Origin: Acidimicrobiia bacterium
GTDB taxonomy: Bacteria > Actinomycetota > Acidimicrobiia > Spongiisociales > SHLN01
Direction: 5' to 3'
Length of the DNA: 46,934 nt
Assembly (NCBI GenBank): GCA_041619515.1
Contig: JBFKDW010000013.1
Coordinates: 1 to 46,934, forward strand
In this document: one piece after another, positions 1 through 12,693 of the stretch
Layout of the letters: each line of letters opens with the position of its first letter
Position numbering within the stretch: the first letter of the stretch is position 1
Position numbers and translations under genes: made by a program
Notes under the pieces: model-generated
Told to the model about the DNA's origin: nothing
Database searches by the model: none
Seen by the model: only the letters and a program-made list of their open reading frames with translations

Positions 1-398
1 AGGAGATTCACGAGCGTCGACAGCCAGGTGAAGGCGACGAATCCGCTCAGATACCGTGTGATCGAGATCTGGTGGTCCTCCTTGAGACGGGCTCCGCGGT
101 ACACGTTGCCTGCTTGCGGCACGAAGGCGTTGAGGAATCGACCGACGATGTACAAGCGGAACCAATACCCCGCCCCGATCGACGTTCCTCCCGTGTGTTC
201 GAGAGCAAGCCGGTACCGATAGGCGTGCGTCAAGAACGTGAGCCCCTGCAGGGCCACCAGCCCGGCGATTGCCGCCGGAGAGACCGAGCCGAGCAGGTCG
301 AGGGCGGTGCGGTCGGTCAGCAGGCGCCACAGGACGTAGCCGACCGATCCGGCCATGATGATCAGGCCGGCGCTGCGGCGTACTGTCTGGCGCCTCAC
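1..398 (-). CDS. Lysylphosphatidylglycerol-synthase TM domain / YbhN flippase-like membrane protein (partial, runs off the window start)
   Basis: Not in the ORF track. Hand translation from GTG 398 gives MRRQTVRRSAGLIIMAGSVGYVLWRLL...AYRYRLAL...LYIVGRFLNAFVPQAGNVYRGARLK, matching the LPG_synthase_TM pattern; starts just downstream of the GT4 stop. Confidence 0.7.
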   Translation of the reverse strand, partial: MRRQTVRRSAGLIIMAGSVGYVLWRLLTDRTALDLLGSVSPAAIAGLVALQGLTFLTHAYRYRLALEHTGGTSIGAGYWFRLYIVGRFLNAFVPQAGNVYRGARLKEDHQISITRYLSGFVAFTWLSTLVNL

Positions 399-405
399 GG
401 GCGGT

Positions 406-1500
406 TCACCCGGGACGACCGGCCGTCGATGCGAGGACGTCGAGCATGGAGGCGACATTCTCCTTCCACTGGTATTGGGCGGCGGCGTAGGCGCGGCCGG
501 CGGACCCGAGCCGGTCCCTCAGCTCGGGGTCGGCGGCAAGGCGGTTGAGTGCGTCGGCCAGGAGGTCGGGGCGCCTCGGAGGCACCAGGATGGCAGTCCG
601 ATCCGGGAGAGCGACTTCGGAGATGCCTCCAACATCGGTCGCCACCACCGGAATCCCAGTGGCAGCCGCCTCGAGGAGCACGACGCCGAAAGATTCGGAC
701 GGATCAACCGACGGATTGACGAGCACGTCGAATGTCCGCATGAGGTCCGGTACCTCGTCGTGGGGGACGTTGCCGACGAACTCGACGATTCCACCGATGT
801 GGAGACGCTCGGCTCGCGCTCGCAGGTCGCCCAGGAGGGGGCCCTCGCCGGCCATGACGACTCGCAGCCCCCGTGGGCGCGGCTTCATCAGGGCAACGGC
901 CTCGAGGAGATCGTCGGGAGCATATTTGGGCTTGAGATGCTTCACGAAGCCCACGGTGAATCCTTCCCGAACCGATCCTTCCTCCGGGGCAAACTGGTCG
1001 AGGTCGACCCCGAAGGGAATGTGGTGGATTGTCAGCTGCCGGCCCGCCATGCGCTGAATGTGGGGCACCATGAAGGCACTGGTTGAGGTGACCGCCGTGG
1101 CTCGCCGCAGCGCGTACCGGTTGAGGGCGCGCAGGACCGGACCGGGCCAGAACGTATTCGGGAACACGACATCCCGGCCCCACGCCGACACGACGACCGG
1201 GCGGTATCCGGCGGCAGCGCCGATCACTCCATGGGTGACGGTGTAGTGGGCATGCACCACGTCAGGTGCCATGCGGCGAAGCCGCCGGCGGGCGGTGAGG
1301 AGGAGGCGCACATAGGAGAAGAAGGACAGAAGAGTGGAGGTGGAGTTTGCGGGACCTACGAAGACCGGGTGCACAGTCACGCCCGGGATCGTCTCGGATC
1401 GGATGCTCAACACGTGCACGTCGTGCCCGAGCCGGGCGTAGGCGCGGGCCCACCGCTGGGTGTGAGCGGACCGGACATTCCCCATCACGCAGATCCTCAT
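406..1500 (-). CDS. Glycosyltransferase family 4 (GT-B)
   Basis: MRICVMGN start at ATG 1500, DVVHAH, and SESFGVVLLEAAATGIPVVATDVGGISE (EX7E motif). Confidence 0.92.
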   Translation of the reverse strand: MRICVMGNVRSAHTQRWARAYARLGHDVHVLSIRSETIPGVTVHPVFVGPANSTSTLLSFFSYVRLLLTARRRLRRMAPDVVHAHYTVTHGVIGAAAGYRPVVVSAWGRDVVFPNTFWPGPVLRALNRYALRRATAVTSTSAFMVPHIQRMAGRQLTIHHIPFGVDLDQFAPEEGSVREGFTVGFVKHLKPKYAPDDLLEAVALMKPRPRGLRVVMAGEGPLLGDLRARAERLHIGGIVEFVGNVPHDEVPDLMRTFDVLVNPSVDPSESFGVVLLEAAATGIPVVATDVGGISEVALPDRTAILVPPRRPDLLADALNRLAADPELRDRLGSAGRAYAAAQYQWKENVASMLDVLASTAGRPG

Positions 1501-1517
1501 CGGACGTGGCTCCAACA

Positions 1518-2540
1518 TCAGTCGAAGGTCCGGAGAAAGAAGTCGACCATCCACGCCGTCACGTCGATCTTCTCCTCCAGTAGCCGATTCCGACGGTCGG
1601 ACCGCCACGCAGCCGGCCGCAACGCCAACTCCCGGGCGGCCGCCAGGGCTTCCTCGAACGAAGCTGGCTGGAAGTATCGAACGAGTCCGTAACGACGCTC
1701 CTGATCGTCGGTGTAGCCGCGCCCTGTTGTGGCGATGAACACTGCTGGGGTCCCGAGTACGGCTGCCTCCGAGCTCATGGTGGCAGATTCCCCAACCACA
1801 ATCTCAGCATGCGCCAGCAGGTGGTGAATGTCGGCCACCGGCCCGCGGATTGCGTGCCGGGCAAGGTCGGAGGGGAGCTCACCTTCCGAGGAGATGAGCA
1901 CCCGGCCCACTGTGGCCAGCTCACGCACGACCCGGCGCTTCTGGTCGCCGGTGAGCGCGGTCTCCCTCGTGTCGTGGCTCGCCTCCCAGCTCACGAAGCG
2001 CACGACGCAGTACCTCTCGTCGGGAGCAAGACCGAAGCCGGCCAGGCGGCCCCGATCCGGCGCGAAGCGGTTGGGATGGAGATACGCCAGCTCGTGGTAC
2101 CCGCGATAGGTCGTGTGATTGCCTTTCACCGGGGCGGCGTACGAGTCGGGGGTGCACACGTGGGACGCCAGCGGATAGACGAACCGGTTGGTTGTGGTGG
2201 CGAACTCGGTGTCGTAGAACACGACGGTGGGGATTCCCATGGCTCGGCCCGCCAGTGCGATGGAGGGGCCCATGATGCCGGTCATCACTGTCGGGCGGGC
2301 TCGGCGAGCCTCTCCGAAGAGGCGGGCGGTGCGCTGGATGAGCTCCCCGGCCAGTCCGATGCCGGTGCGCTGGGTGGACAGGGTCCGGTGGGGAATCTGG
2401 TAGGCCTCGAGCAGGTCGAGGGCGACATCCTTCGCCCGGGCCGTCACCAGGACCTCGTGGCCCCGCTCGAGCATCTCCAGCCGGAAGTTGCGGAAGAAGT
2501 GCACGTGTGCGGGATGGAGGATGTCGATGAGAACTCGCAC
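1518..2540 (-). CDS. DUF354 family protein (putative GT-B glycosyltransferase)
   Basis: MRVLIDILHPAHVHFFRN, YHELAYLHPNRF, VRFVSWEASHD and GESATMSSEAAVLGTPA are typical DUF354 motifs. Confidence 0.88.
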   Translation of the reverse strand: MRVLIDILHPAHVHFFRNFRLEMLERGHEVLVTARAKDVALDLLEAYQIPHRTLSTQRTGIGLAGELIQRTARLFGEARRARPTVMTGIMGPSIALAGRAMGIPTVVFYDTEFATTTNRFVYPLASHVCTPDSYAAPVKGNHTTYRGYHELAYLHPNRFAPDRGRLAGFGLAPDERYCVVRFVSWEASHDTRETALTGDQKRRVVRELATVGRVLISSEGELPSDLARHAIRGPVADIHHLLAHAEIVVGESATMSSEAAVLGTPAVFIATTGRGYTDDQERRYGLVRYFQPASFEEALAAARELALRPAAWRSDRRNRLLEEKIDVTAWMVDFFLRTFD

Positions 2541-2550
2541 GCTCTGGTCC

Positions 2551-3807
2551 CTACAGGATTCCTGCCAGAGGGCCCTGTTCCAGCAGGAAACCGATCTCGT
2601 AGTTCGGCTGTTGGGCGTAGCGGGCCACCGCCTGGGCCGCTACCGACACGACCACCGAGTACCAGAAGACTCGCTGCCATATCGGGCGTACCCGCTCGTA
2701 CCAGCCCGTGATGGCGAGCACGAGAAGCGGGGCGGCCAGCACGAGCGGCTCGAGCGGGTAGCGGTAGTTGAGCGGGTGGCCGCCTCCGTGACGGTTCAAC
2801 CGCACGGTCACGAGCACATACGCCAGCGCTGCCAGGCCCCCCGCCCGTACCCAGGCATCCGACCCCCTCCACGCGGCACGCAGGCCGGGCACCGCGAAGA
2901 CCAGGAACGGTGAGAACAGGAACAGGCTGTAGCGGGTCGAAAAGAACGTCAGGAACAGATCACCCAGGTATCCGCCGAGGCTCTGCGTTTGGGCGCGAGC
3001 TAGGAAACCGGCTCCATAGCTTTCCGGGGTGGGCGTCCACGCCCCCAGGACCAGCCCGTTGTAGAGCAGCAGCAGTGCCAGGCCGATCGACGATCCCCCA
3101 GCCACCATGAGGGCCGGCCGCCAGGACTTCGTCTTCCACGACGCAACCAGCCCGGCGACGGCCGCCATCACTGCGGTTACGGGTCGAATGAGCAGGGCGG
3201 CTGCGAAGGCAACCCCGGCCGCCAGGAAGCGGCTGCAGGCCATACCCAGCAACGCCAGCGCCAGAAAGAACTGCCCGGGGCCGTGCGGCCACAGCGTGAC
3301 CGAGGAGATCGCCCAGGTGGAGGTCGCCACGCCGAAAACGAGGGCCGCCCCGACGGCCGGCAACGGGGAGACGACGCGCCGAAAAACCAGGTGCAGGGTT
3401 CCCACCGCGCCTGCGCTCAACACGGCTGCGGTTGCGGTGGCAGGCAGCTGGCTGGGGGCGGCACCGGTGAAGGTCGGCTCTCCGAACACCCAGAACGCCG
3501 GTACCGAGATGTAGGCGATGCCGGGAGCACGGTTGCTGAGAACCCGCCCGCCGATCTGATCGATGAACTTGAAGCCGTCGAATTGGGAGAGGTCCAGGTC
3601 ACCGAACTGCGCGAAGCGCCAGGCGGGCAGCCCGGCGGCGAGCGAGTCCACATTGGTATAGAGGTTGGAGCGAGCCATGGTGAGCAGGTAGAGGCCGAGG
3701 ATCGGGATGAAGACGAGGAGAAATGTCTGCCAGGGGGGCGCCGCGGCGATGCGGTCCCGAGCCCGGCTCAGGCTTGCGGCACGGTTCATGTCGTTAGTTT
3801 CGGCCAC
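2551..3807 (-). CDS. Polytopic membrane protein, putative GT-C glycosyltransferase
   Basis: About 11 hydrophobic helices; first-loop Asp (NVDS), SNRAPG, LWPHGP and NYRYPLE; paralog of 3857..5077. Confidence 0.7.
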   Translation of the reverse strand: MAETNDMNRAASLSRARDRIAAAPPWQTFLLVFIPILGLYLLTMARSNLYTNVDSLAAGLPAWRFAQFGDLDLSQFDGFKFIDQIGGRVLSNRAPGIAYISVPAFWVFGEPTFTGAAPSQLPATATAAVLSAGAVGTLHLVFRRVVSPLPAVGAALVFGVATSTWAISSVTLWPHGPGQFFLALALLGMACSRFLAAGVAFAAALLIRPVTAVMAAVAGLVASWKTKSWRPALMVAGGSSIGLALLLLYNGLVLGAWTPTPESYGAGFLARAQTQSLGGYLGDLFLTFFSTRYSLFLFSPFLVFAVPGLRAAWRGSDAWVRAGGLAALAYVLVTVRLNRHGGGHPLNYRYPLEPLVLAAPLLVLAITGWYERVRPIWQRVFWYSVVVSVAAQAVARYAQQPNYEIGFLLEQGPLAGIL

Positions 3808-3856
3808 CGGGCAGGCCCGGTGAAGCCATAGCGGTCGTTCGAGGTGGCAGGCCCCC

Positions 3857-5077
3857 TCAACCCTCGACCACCAGACTCACGTACTCGGTCAGGGCATCGT
3901 TGGCCTGGATGATGATCGAGACAACCACAGCCGCTCCGAACACGCGCTGCAGGCGGGGTGAGCCCGCCACCAGCCGCTGGTATGCCAGCAGCAGCAGCGG
4001 GGCGGCCAGTGTCAGCATTTCGAGCGGATACCGATAGTTGCGCTGGAGGCCACCCGACTGCCGGTTGAGCGCGGCATGGACCAGCAAATACACCGCGCCG
4101 GCGATGGCCGCCGAGCGTACCCACGGGGGTGCGGCCCGCCAGGCGCCCACCAGGCCGAAGACGAGCACCAGCAAGAAGGGCGACCACAGGAACAGGCTAT
4201 TGGCCGGGTGCACGAAGAATCCGGCCAGGTTGGCGAGATACCCTCCGATGCCCCTGGCTCGAACCTGCGATGTGAACTGGTCCCCGTAGGCCGAAGTCGT
4301 CGGTGTGAACGAATCGAAGACGAGCTGGTTGTAGGCCATGAGGAAGAACAGGCCGAGGAATGCCCCCGCCCCCACCAGCACGACGGGCCTGGGTCGGCGG
4401 AGCAGAGCTGCGTGGGCCAGGCCGGTCGCCGCCGCCACAACCGCAGTGACCGGCCGGGTCAGGATGGCAAGGCCGAGAGCGAGGCCGCCTCCCAGATATC
4501 GGCCGGCGGCGAGCCCGACAACGGCGAGCGCCAGCCACAGCTGGGCGGGTCCGTGCGGCCAGAGCTGGTCGGCCGAAATCCTCCAGGTGGCAGTGGCGGT
4601 GCCGCCGATGAGGGCCGCTATCACGGCTACCGACGGGCTGGCCAGGCGTCGGAAGGCCACATGGAGGACCGCCATGGCCAGGGCGGCGCTGACTGCTCCG
4701 GCCACCGCCGCCGGTGTGAGCGGAGGCAGCGGCCCCGGCAAGTCCGGGTTCGATCCCACGTAGAAGGGCACCCCAAAGCCGATCACCCCCGGCTGGCGGT
4801 TGCTGCGGAAGCCATCCTCGGTCTCGATGATCCAGGGCAACCCTGCGAACTGGTCGAGGTCGAGGTCGGCGTGGGTGGCGAAGCGCCAGGCGGGAGCCGC
4901 CGCCGCGATGGAGTCGATGTTCTGCTCGTCGCGAGACATTGTGGGCAGGTAGATGACGAGAAGCGGCACGAGCACGAGCAGGAACGTGGCGCGAGCCGGG
5001 AGGGAGTCGACCCCGGCCTTGCCGGCCTGCACTCGGCGTCTCATCGTTTCCAGGAGGTCGTGCACGGTGATGTCCAA
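3857..5077 (-). CDS. Polytopic membrane protein, putative GT-C glycosyltransferase (paralog of the neighbour; start uncertain, alternative ATG 5044)
   Basis: NIDSIAAAAPAWRFA..DLDL, SNRQPG, LWPHGP and NYRYPLE shared with 2551..3807. Confidence 0.7.
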   Translation of the reverse strand: MDITVHDLLETMRRRVQAGKAGVDSLPARATFLLVLVPLLVIYLPTMSRDEQNIDSIAAAAPAWRFATHADLDLDQFAGLPWIIETEDGFRSNRQPGVIGFGVPFYVGSNPDLPGPLPPLTPAAVAGAVSAALAMAVLHVAFRRLASPSVAVIAALIGGTATATWRISADQLWPHGPAQLWLALAVVGLAAGRYLGGGLALGLAILTRPVTAVVAAATGLAHAALLRRPRPVVLVGAGAFLGLFFLMAYNQLVFDSFTPTTSAYGDQFTSQVRARGIGGYLANLAGFFVHPANSLFLWSPFLLVLVFGLVGAWRAAPPWVRSAAIAGAVYLLVHAALNRQSGGLQRNYRYPLEMLTLAAPLLLLAYQRLVAGSPRLQRVFGAAVVVSIIIQANDALTEYVSLVVEG

Positions 5078-5187
5078 GGGTGGCGGTACTGGCTGGTGCG
5101 TCTACGGTAGGGAGGACGTCGGCAGATCCACGTGATTCCGGTACACAATCGTCTGCTGGACGCCGATATTGACATCCGGAGTTCCTC

Positions 5188-6273
5188 GTGTCACCAGCAG
5201 CCAGAATCACCATCGGAGCGGCAATTGGAGTCGTGCTCATCGTCGCCGTCCAAATGCTCGCACTCGATACCAACGCCAGCCTCTACTTGAGCATCGGTGA
5301 GGACTCGACCGCCAACAACACGTACGTCCAGGGTTTGCTGGGTGAGACCTACGTGAAGCCGTCGCTGGGACACGACGGCCGCTTCTTCTTCTCGCAAGCG
5401 CAGGATCCGTTCATAACCCGGCCGGATACCTACCGGGAGGTCATCGACCGACCGCTCTACCGGGCCCAGCGAATCCTCTATCCGCTGCTCGCCTCGCCGG
5501 CCCAGCTCATCGGCCAATGGGTTCTCGTGTGGTGGATGCTGGGCATCAACATCCTCGCGATCGCCGGTGGAACCTATGCGACGGCCAGGGTGGCGGCCCG
5601 CCTCGGCCTTTCCCCCTGGTTTGGCTTGGCCTTCACCCTCAATCCCGGAGTATGGGCCGAGCTCAACGCCGGCTCGGCCGGTGCACTGGCGTGGGCGCTG
5701 GCAGTGGCAGGGTTGTGGATGTATCTCGAGGGTCGCCTCTCCTGGGCGGTAGCGCTGCTGGTGGGCGCGGTGCTGGCGCGGGAGGCGATGCTGCTGGTGG
5801 TAGCCGGAGTCGCATACGATTCATGGCGGGCGCGCCGCGACATTCCGGTCGTGCTGGTGATGCCGGTCGTCGCCGCCGTCTCCTGGGGTGTCTACGTACG
5901 CTGGCGATTGGGAGCATCGGTATTGGCCTCCCAGTCCGAGGAATTCGGGTTGCCGTTTGCCGGGTTGATCGGGGCGGCCCGGGAATGGCTGAACGAATCG
6001 CAGGGAGCCCACCTGGCCGTCGGACTCCTCTTCGTGGTGATACTGGTCCGCTTCGTTGCGATCGTGCGCCGGGTTCCCCACGTGGTGGGCTGGTCGACGC
6101 TCGGCTTCGCGCTGCTGGCGCCGTTTCTGAGCCGCCAGGTCTGGTTCCGGTTCTGGGACATCACCCGAGCCATGGTCCCGGTTGTGACCGCGTTCGCACT
6201 GCTCGCCGGCCTGGAGATCCTCCGCGGTTCGAAGGCCGACAAGACAACCGGGGTCGGCGCCCGGCAGGATTGA
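5188..6273 (+). CDS. AZOBR_p60025-like cell-surface glycopolymer formation membrane protein (GT-C-like)
   Basis: GHDGRFFF...DPF...RPLYRAQRILYPLLA motif, LAREAMLL, multiple TM helices. Confidence 0.65.
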   Translation: MSPAARITIGAAIGVVLIVAVQMLALDTNASLYLSIGEDSTANNTYVQGLLGETYVKPSLGHDGRFFFSQAQDPFITRPDTYREVIDRPLYRAQRILYPLLASPAQLIGQWVLVWWMLGINILAIAGGTYATARVAARLGLSPWFGLAFTLNPGVWAELNAGSAGALAWALAVAGLWMYLEGRLSWAVALLVGAVLAREAMLLVVAGVAYDSWRARRDIPVVLVMPVVAAVSWGVYVRWRLGASVLASQSEEFGLPFAGLIGAAREWLNESQGAHLAVGLLFVVILVRFVAIVRRVPHVVGWSTLGFALLAPFLSRQVWFRFWDITRAMVPVVTAFALLAGLEILRGSKADKTTGVGARQD

Positions 6274-6315
6274 TCGGTCTCCGGCAGGCGTCGGTCGACG
6301 ATGCCTTCGGCCGTG

Positions 6316-7875
6316 TCATCGCCGCTGGAGGAGCAAGACCTCCTCGGTGCTCCGCACGATATCCCACTCACCTGAGCCGAGCAGGGCCTGAATCGACTCG
6401 CCGGCGAAGCCGTCGAGCGCCGTTCTGCCCGTCTCCACGATCACCCACTGCACCTGCTCGGCGGGAGGCGCGTAGAGGATGCCGGGTGCGCTGTAGTTCC
6501 TCCGGGCGAACGGGTTGGGAAACTCGTACACCTCCGGGCGGTGGGAGAGATGGCCCGTCAGGTAGGGGCCGGCCGCGACCGGATCGCGGTCCCCTATGAG
6601 TGACAACGCCTCGACCACATCGGGATGGGGCCGGGCCGGGTTGCCCCAGGGGCCCTCCAGCCCAGGCCCCGACCCCACATACAGCGCCGCCACCGCCAGC
6701 ACCGCGCCGACCAAAAGGCGGTAGTAGCGGCTTCCGAACCGCGCCTGCAGCCACTTCGCTCCGACTACGGCGGCCACGGCGACGGCCGCGGCGAGATACG
6801 CCGAGTAGTGGAAGTGAAAGTCGGTCTGGTAGGTGTGCTCGGAGAGGAAGTTGGCCACGGTTATCGGCCCACCCATGAGCACGGCCAGCGGGGCGAACAA
6901 GGCGGTGGGAACGGACACCACCATCTGCTCGAGGTAGCCGACGATGCCGCCGTTCCACAGGTCGGCTGCCACCGACCGCGGATCGGTGAGGACCCCCCAC
7001 ACGATCCCGAGCGCCGAGTCTCCGTATTTGCTGTATCGCCCGGCGTAAACCGGGCTGCCGGTCGGGGAGAAGTGGGGGAGGAGCACGAGGAAGTTGAGCA
7101 GGAAGGCTCCGATCCCGAGCCCGGCCATGCTGAGGCCCTGCCGGGGGGCTCGCAGCCTCCATGCCACCCAGATCCCGAATGGGACCACGATGAGCGCGAC
7201 GTCCTCCTTGGCCGTCAGGGCGATGGCAACCGGGAGCACGGCCCACCACGGCTGCCCACGCGCCACCAGCAGGAACGAGGCGATCAGCAGCGGGACCACG
7301 AACACCTCCGGGTGGAAGTTGTCCCACGCGTTCCATTGGATGGCCGGATAGGCGAGATACGTGACGGCGACGGCCGCCGCCAGCCCGGGCCTGACGCCGA
7401 GGGCCCTGCCTGCGGCGTACAGCAGTGGGGCCCCGGCGGCGAGCGCAGCCACCGTCAAGATGAGCAGCAATCGGGTATCCGCCCATACCCAGTACACGGG
7501 CGCAAGCAGCACCATCAGATACGAGGAGTGATCACCGAACAGGTTGAGCCCCCGCAACGTGATGAACGGCTCGCGGAGTCTGCTCAACAGCCACAACCCC
7601 TGATCGAAGATCCCCAAATCGAAGCTCGGATAGTCGAAACGCCGGTAGCGGGTGATGCTCAGGTGGCTGAAGAGGAGCAGGTATCCCGCGGTTGCCGCCC
7701 ACACCAGCGCCCGGCCCCTGGCGTGTGCGTCGGCGAGCACGGCCATCGCCCGGGCCCGGGCTCTCGCCTGCCACCGCAGCACCGCGTCAACGCCGAGTTC
7801 TTCCGGGGCCATCACCTCGTGGCGGGTTCGGCCGACGGCGGCGGGGCGATTCTCGTCGGAGGTAGACAGGCTCAC
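6316..7875 (-). CDS. DUF2079 family membrane protein (GT-C-like)
   Basis: FDLGIFDQGLW, FGDHSS, FHPE, KED and FHYS motifs; many TM helices. Confidence 0.85.
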   Translation of the reverse strand: MSLSTSDENRPAAVGRTRHEVMAPEELGVDAVLRWQARARARAMAVLADAHARGRALVWAATAGYLLLFSHLSITRYRRFDYPSFDLGIFDQGLWLLSRLREPFITLRGLNLFGDHSSYLMVLLAPVYWVWADTRLLLILTVAALAAGAPLLYAAGRALGVRPGLAAAVAVTYLAYPAIQWNAWDNFHPEVFVVPLLIASFLLVARGQPWWAVLPVAIALTAKEDVALIVVPFGIWVAWRLRAPRQGLSMAGLGIGAFLLNFLVLLPHFSPTGSPVYAGRYSKYGDSALGIVWGVLTDPRSVAADLWNGGIVGYLEQMVVSVPTALFAPLAVLMGGPITVANFLSEHTYQTDFHFHYSAYLAAAVAVAAVVGAKWLQARFGSRYYRLLVGAVLAVAALYVGSGPGLEGPWGNPARPHPDVVEALSLIGDRDPVAAGPYLTGHLSHRPEVYEFPNPFARRNYSAPGILYAPPAEQVQWVIVETGRTALDGFAGESIQALLGSGEWDIVRSTEEVLLLQRR

Positions 7876-7990
7876 AGGGACATTTCACCATGCCGACGGC
7901 TCTATGGAGCTGGCTCCCCGGGCCAGGGAGGCGCCGGTCGAGGGCCGCCGGCTCGGCAGGAAGGGGGCCGGCGTCGGGTAGCGTCCCGTC

Positions 7991-9088
7991 ATGGGACGGC
8001 AAGCGACCGTGGCAGTTACGGCCGGCCTCGTGCTGGCCGCCTGGTTCGGGGTCATCGTGGCGGAGCGGGGCGGCAATCCGTCGACGCTGCTGGCTGCCGG
8101 GCGCGACGATGTCCGGGTGGCGAGCTACGTCGCCCGTGAGCTCGGGCCCAGCTTCGTACCTCAGGAGGGTTGGGGCCACGACGGCAAGTTCGTGTTCATC
8201 CAGGCCCACGATCCATTCCTCCTGAACCCGGACGACCATGCAGCCTGGCTGGACGCCCCCGTCTATCGATCCCAGCGGGTCCTGGTGGCTGCGCTCGTGG
8301 GGATCGGGGCGCTGCTGGGCCCGTGGGGCGTGGTGTGGGCGATGCCGGCGGGCATGGTGCTGGCCGTTGCTGTGGGCGCCTGGGCGACGGCCGGGCTGGC
8401 GCGGATGCACGGCCGTTCATCCTGGTGGGGCCTTGTCTTTCTGCTCAACCCCGGCTTGTTCTACTCCTACCGGCGCGGCACCGTCGACGTGCTGGCGGTC
8501 GCCCTGCTCATGCTCGGTGTCTATCTGGCAGCGGGGCGCCGCTTTCGATCGGCCGCCATGGCGCTGGCAGCCGCGGCGCTCGCCAAGGAGGTCATGATTC
8601 TCGGGGCACTCGGGATGGCCGTGTACCAGCGCCGGGAAGGCCGGGGCATCCTACCGGTGGTGGTCGTGCCGCTGTTGGCAGTGGCAGCCTGGGGCTCCTA
8701 CGTGCGGCTCCGGCTCGGGGTTCCGTTCGTGGCGGTCGGCGCCGATGCCCTCACCGCCCCATTCCGGGGCCTGCGCGATGTCGTTGCCGACGGGCGGCTC
8801 CCGAATGTGGCGGTGGCCCTCGTGGTGGCCGGGCTTGTGGTGGTGACGCTGGTCCAGGCTCGGTGGCGGCCTTCGTTGCCGGCGGCTGGAGCCGCCGGTT
8901 TTGCGGTGCTGCTGCCGGTGCTGCCTCAGTCTGTGTGGGGGGGATACGTCGATGCGTGGCGGGCCGCCGCCCCGATCATGGCGCTGCAGGCGGTGGCGGT
9001 TGTGGCCGCGCTCCCGTCCCCGGCTTGGGGCCGCCCGGTGCCCGGATCTGCACGGATGACCCGCGAAATCGAAATCCCAGCCGAGTAA
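7991..9088 (+). CDS. AZOBR_p60025-like membrane protein, paralog of 5188..6273
   Basis: [32 protein letters not shown]. Confidence 0.65.
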   Translation: MGRQATVAVTAGLVLAAWFGVIVAERGGNPSTLLAAGRDDVRVASYVARELGPSFVPQEGWGHDGKFVFIQAHDPFLLNPDDHAAWLDAPVYRSQRVLVAALVGIGALLGPWGVVWAMPAGMVLAVAVGAWATAGLARMHGRSSWWGLVFLLNPGLFYSYRRGTVDVLAVALLMLGVYLAAGRRFRSAAMALAAAALAKEVMILGALGMAVYQRREGRGILPVVVVPLLAVAAWGSYVRLRLGVPFVAVGADALTAPFRGLRDVVADGRLPNVAVALVVAGLVVVTLVQARWRPSLPAAGAAGFAVLLPVLPQSVWGGYVDAWRAAAPIMALQAVAVVAALPSPAWGRPVPGSARMTREIEIPAE

Positions 9089-9092
9089 TTCG

Positions 9093-9114
9093 TGTCACAG
9101 GGGGTCGCTACAAT
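9093..9114 (+). promoter_or_regulatory. PafBC-type (RecA-NDp) DNA-damage promoter of uvrA
   Basis: TGTCAC (9093-9098), 10 nt spacer, TACAAT (9109-9114); matches the TGTCR-type -26 element / N10 / TAnnnT layout. Confidence 0.75.
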
Positions 9115-9143
9115 TGCGGGTCCCCAACCTCTTGAGGCTCAGT

Positions 9144-11969
<2,826 letters not shown>

Positions 11970-11974
11970 CGGGC

Positions 11975-12682
11975 ATGTCGGACGGGTGGGACCCGGAATG
12001 GTGGCTGGCCGAGGTTGCATCCGATCCTGCCTACCGGGACGAAGTCCTGCCCCTCCTGATGGACACTCTGCAGCCCCGCGCTGGCGATCTCTACCTCGAT
12101 CTCGGGTGTGGCGAAGGCCAGGGAATGCGAGCCGTGGCCGCCGCCGGGGCCAGAGTGATCGGTTGTGACCGCGATGGGGCGCTCCTCGGGCATGCATCCG
12201 GCGCCGGACCCGTGGTGCGGTGCACCCTGCCCGACATCAGCTGGCTGGCCGACGACACCCTGGACGGAGCCTTCGCGGTGCTCGTGCTCGAGCACATCGA
12301 GGATTACGAGCGGCTGCTGGTCGAAGCCGGCCGGGTGGTCGCAGGCGGGGGTGTGCTGGCCGTTGTCGCTAACCATCCGGCCTTCACGGCCCCCGGAGCG
12401 GGACCACTCCTCGACCCGGGGGATGGCGAAGTGAGCTGGCGCTGGGGGGCCTATCTCCAGCCCGGCACCAGCGTGGAGCCGGCCGGATCATGCAATCTCA
12501 CGATGCACCATCGGCCGCTCGGGTCTCTCCTCACCGCTGCGGCCCGGGCGGGCTGGATGCTGGAACGGTTGATCGAGCGCGGGCCGGGTGCTGGCGCATC
12601 CGGCCGCGACCCGTTGCTGGCGGCCCAGCGTCACATCCCGCGACTCATCGGAGCAGGGTTCCGAAACACCGGGCGTCCGTAA
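11975..12682 (+). CDS. Class I SAM-dependent methyltransferase
   Basis: C-terminal part of ORF 10973..12682 from ATG 11975; YLDLGCGEG motif I and VLEHIED. Confidence 0.85.
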   Translation: MSDGWDPEWWLAEVASDPAYRDEVLPLLMDTLQPRAGDLYLDLGCGEGQGMRAVAAAGARVIGCDRDGALLGHASGAGPVVRCTLPDISWLADDTLDGAFAVLVLEHIEDYERLLVEAGRVVAGGGVLAVVANHPAFTAPGAGPLLDPGDGEVSWRWGAYLQPGTSVEPAGSCNLTMHHRPLGSLLTAAARAGWMLERLIERGPGAGASGRDPLLAAQRHIPRLIGAGFRNTGRP

Positions 12683-12693
12683 ACTTCCCGGCC

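Noticed and set aside
6625..8139. Long alternative ORFs such as 6625..8139, 21894..23348, 28879..30123 and the N-terminal part of 10973..12682
   Set aside because: Antisense or off-frame shadows of recognisable genes, expected in high-GC DNA; their translations show no recognisable motifs.
9089..9143. LexA SOS box upstream of uvrA
   Set aside because: No CGAAC-N4-GTTCG-like site is visible; the PafBC-type motif explains the region.
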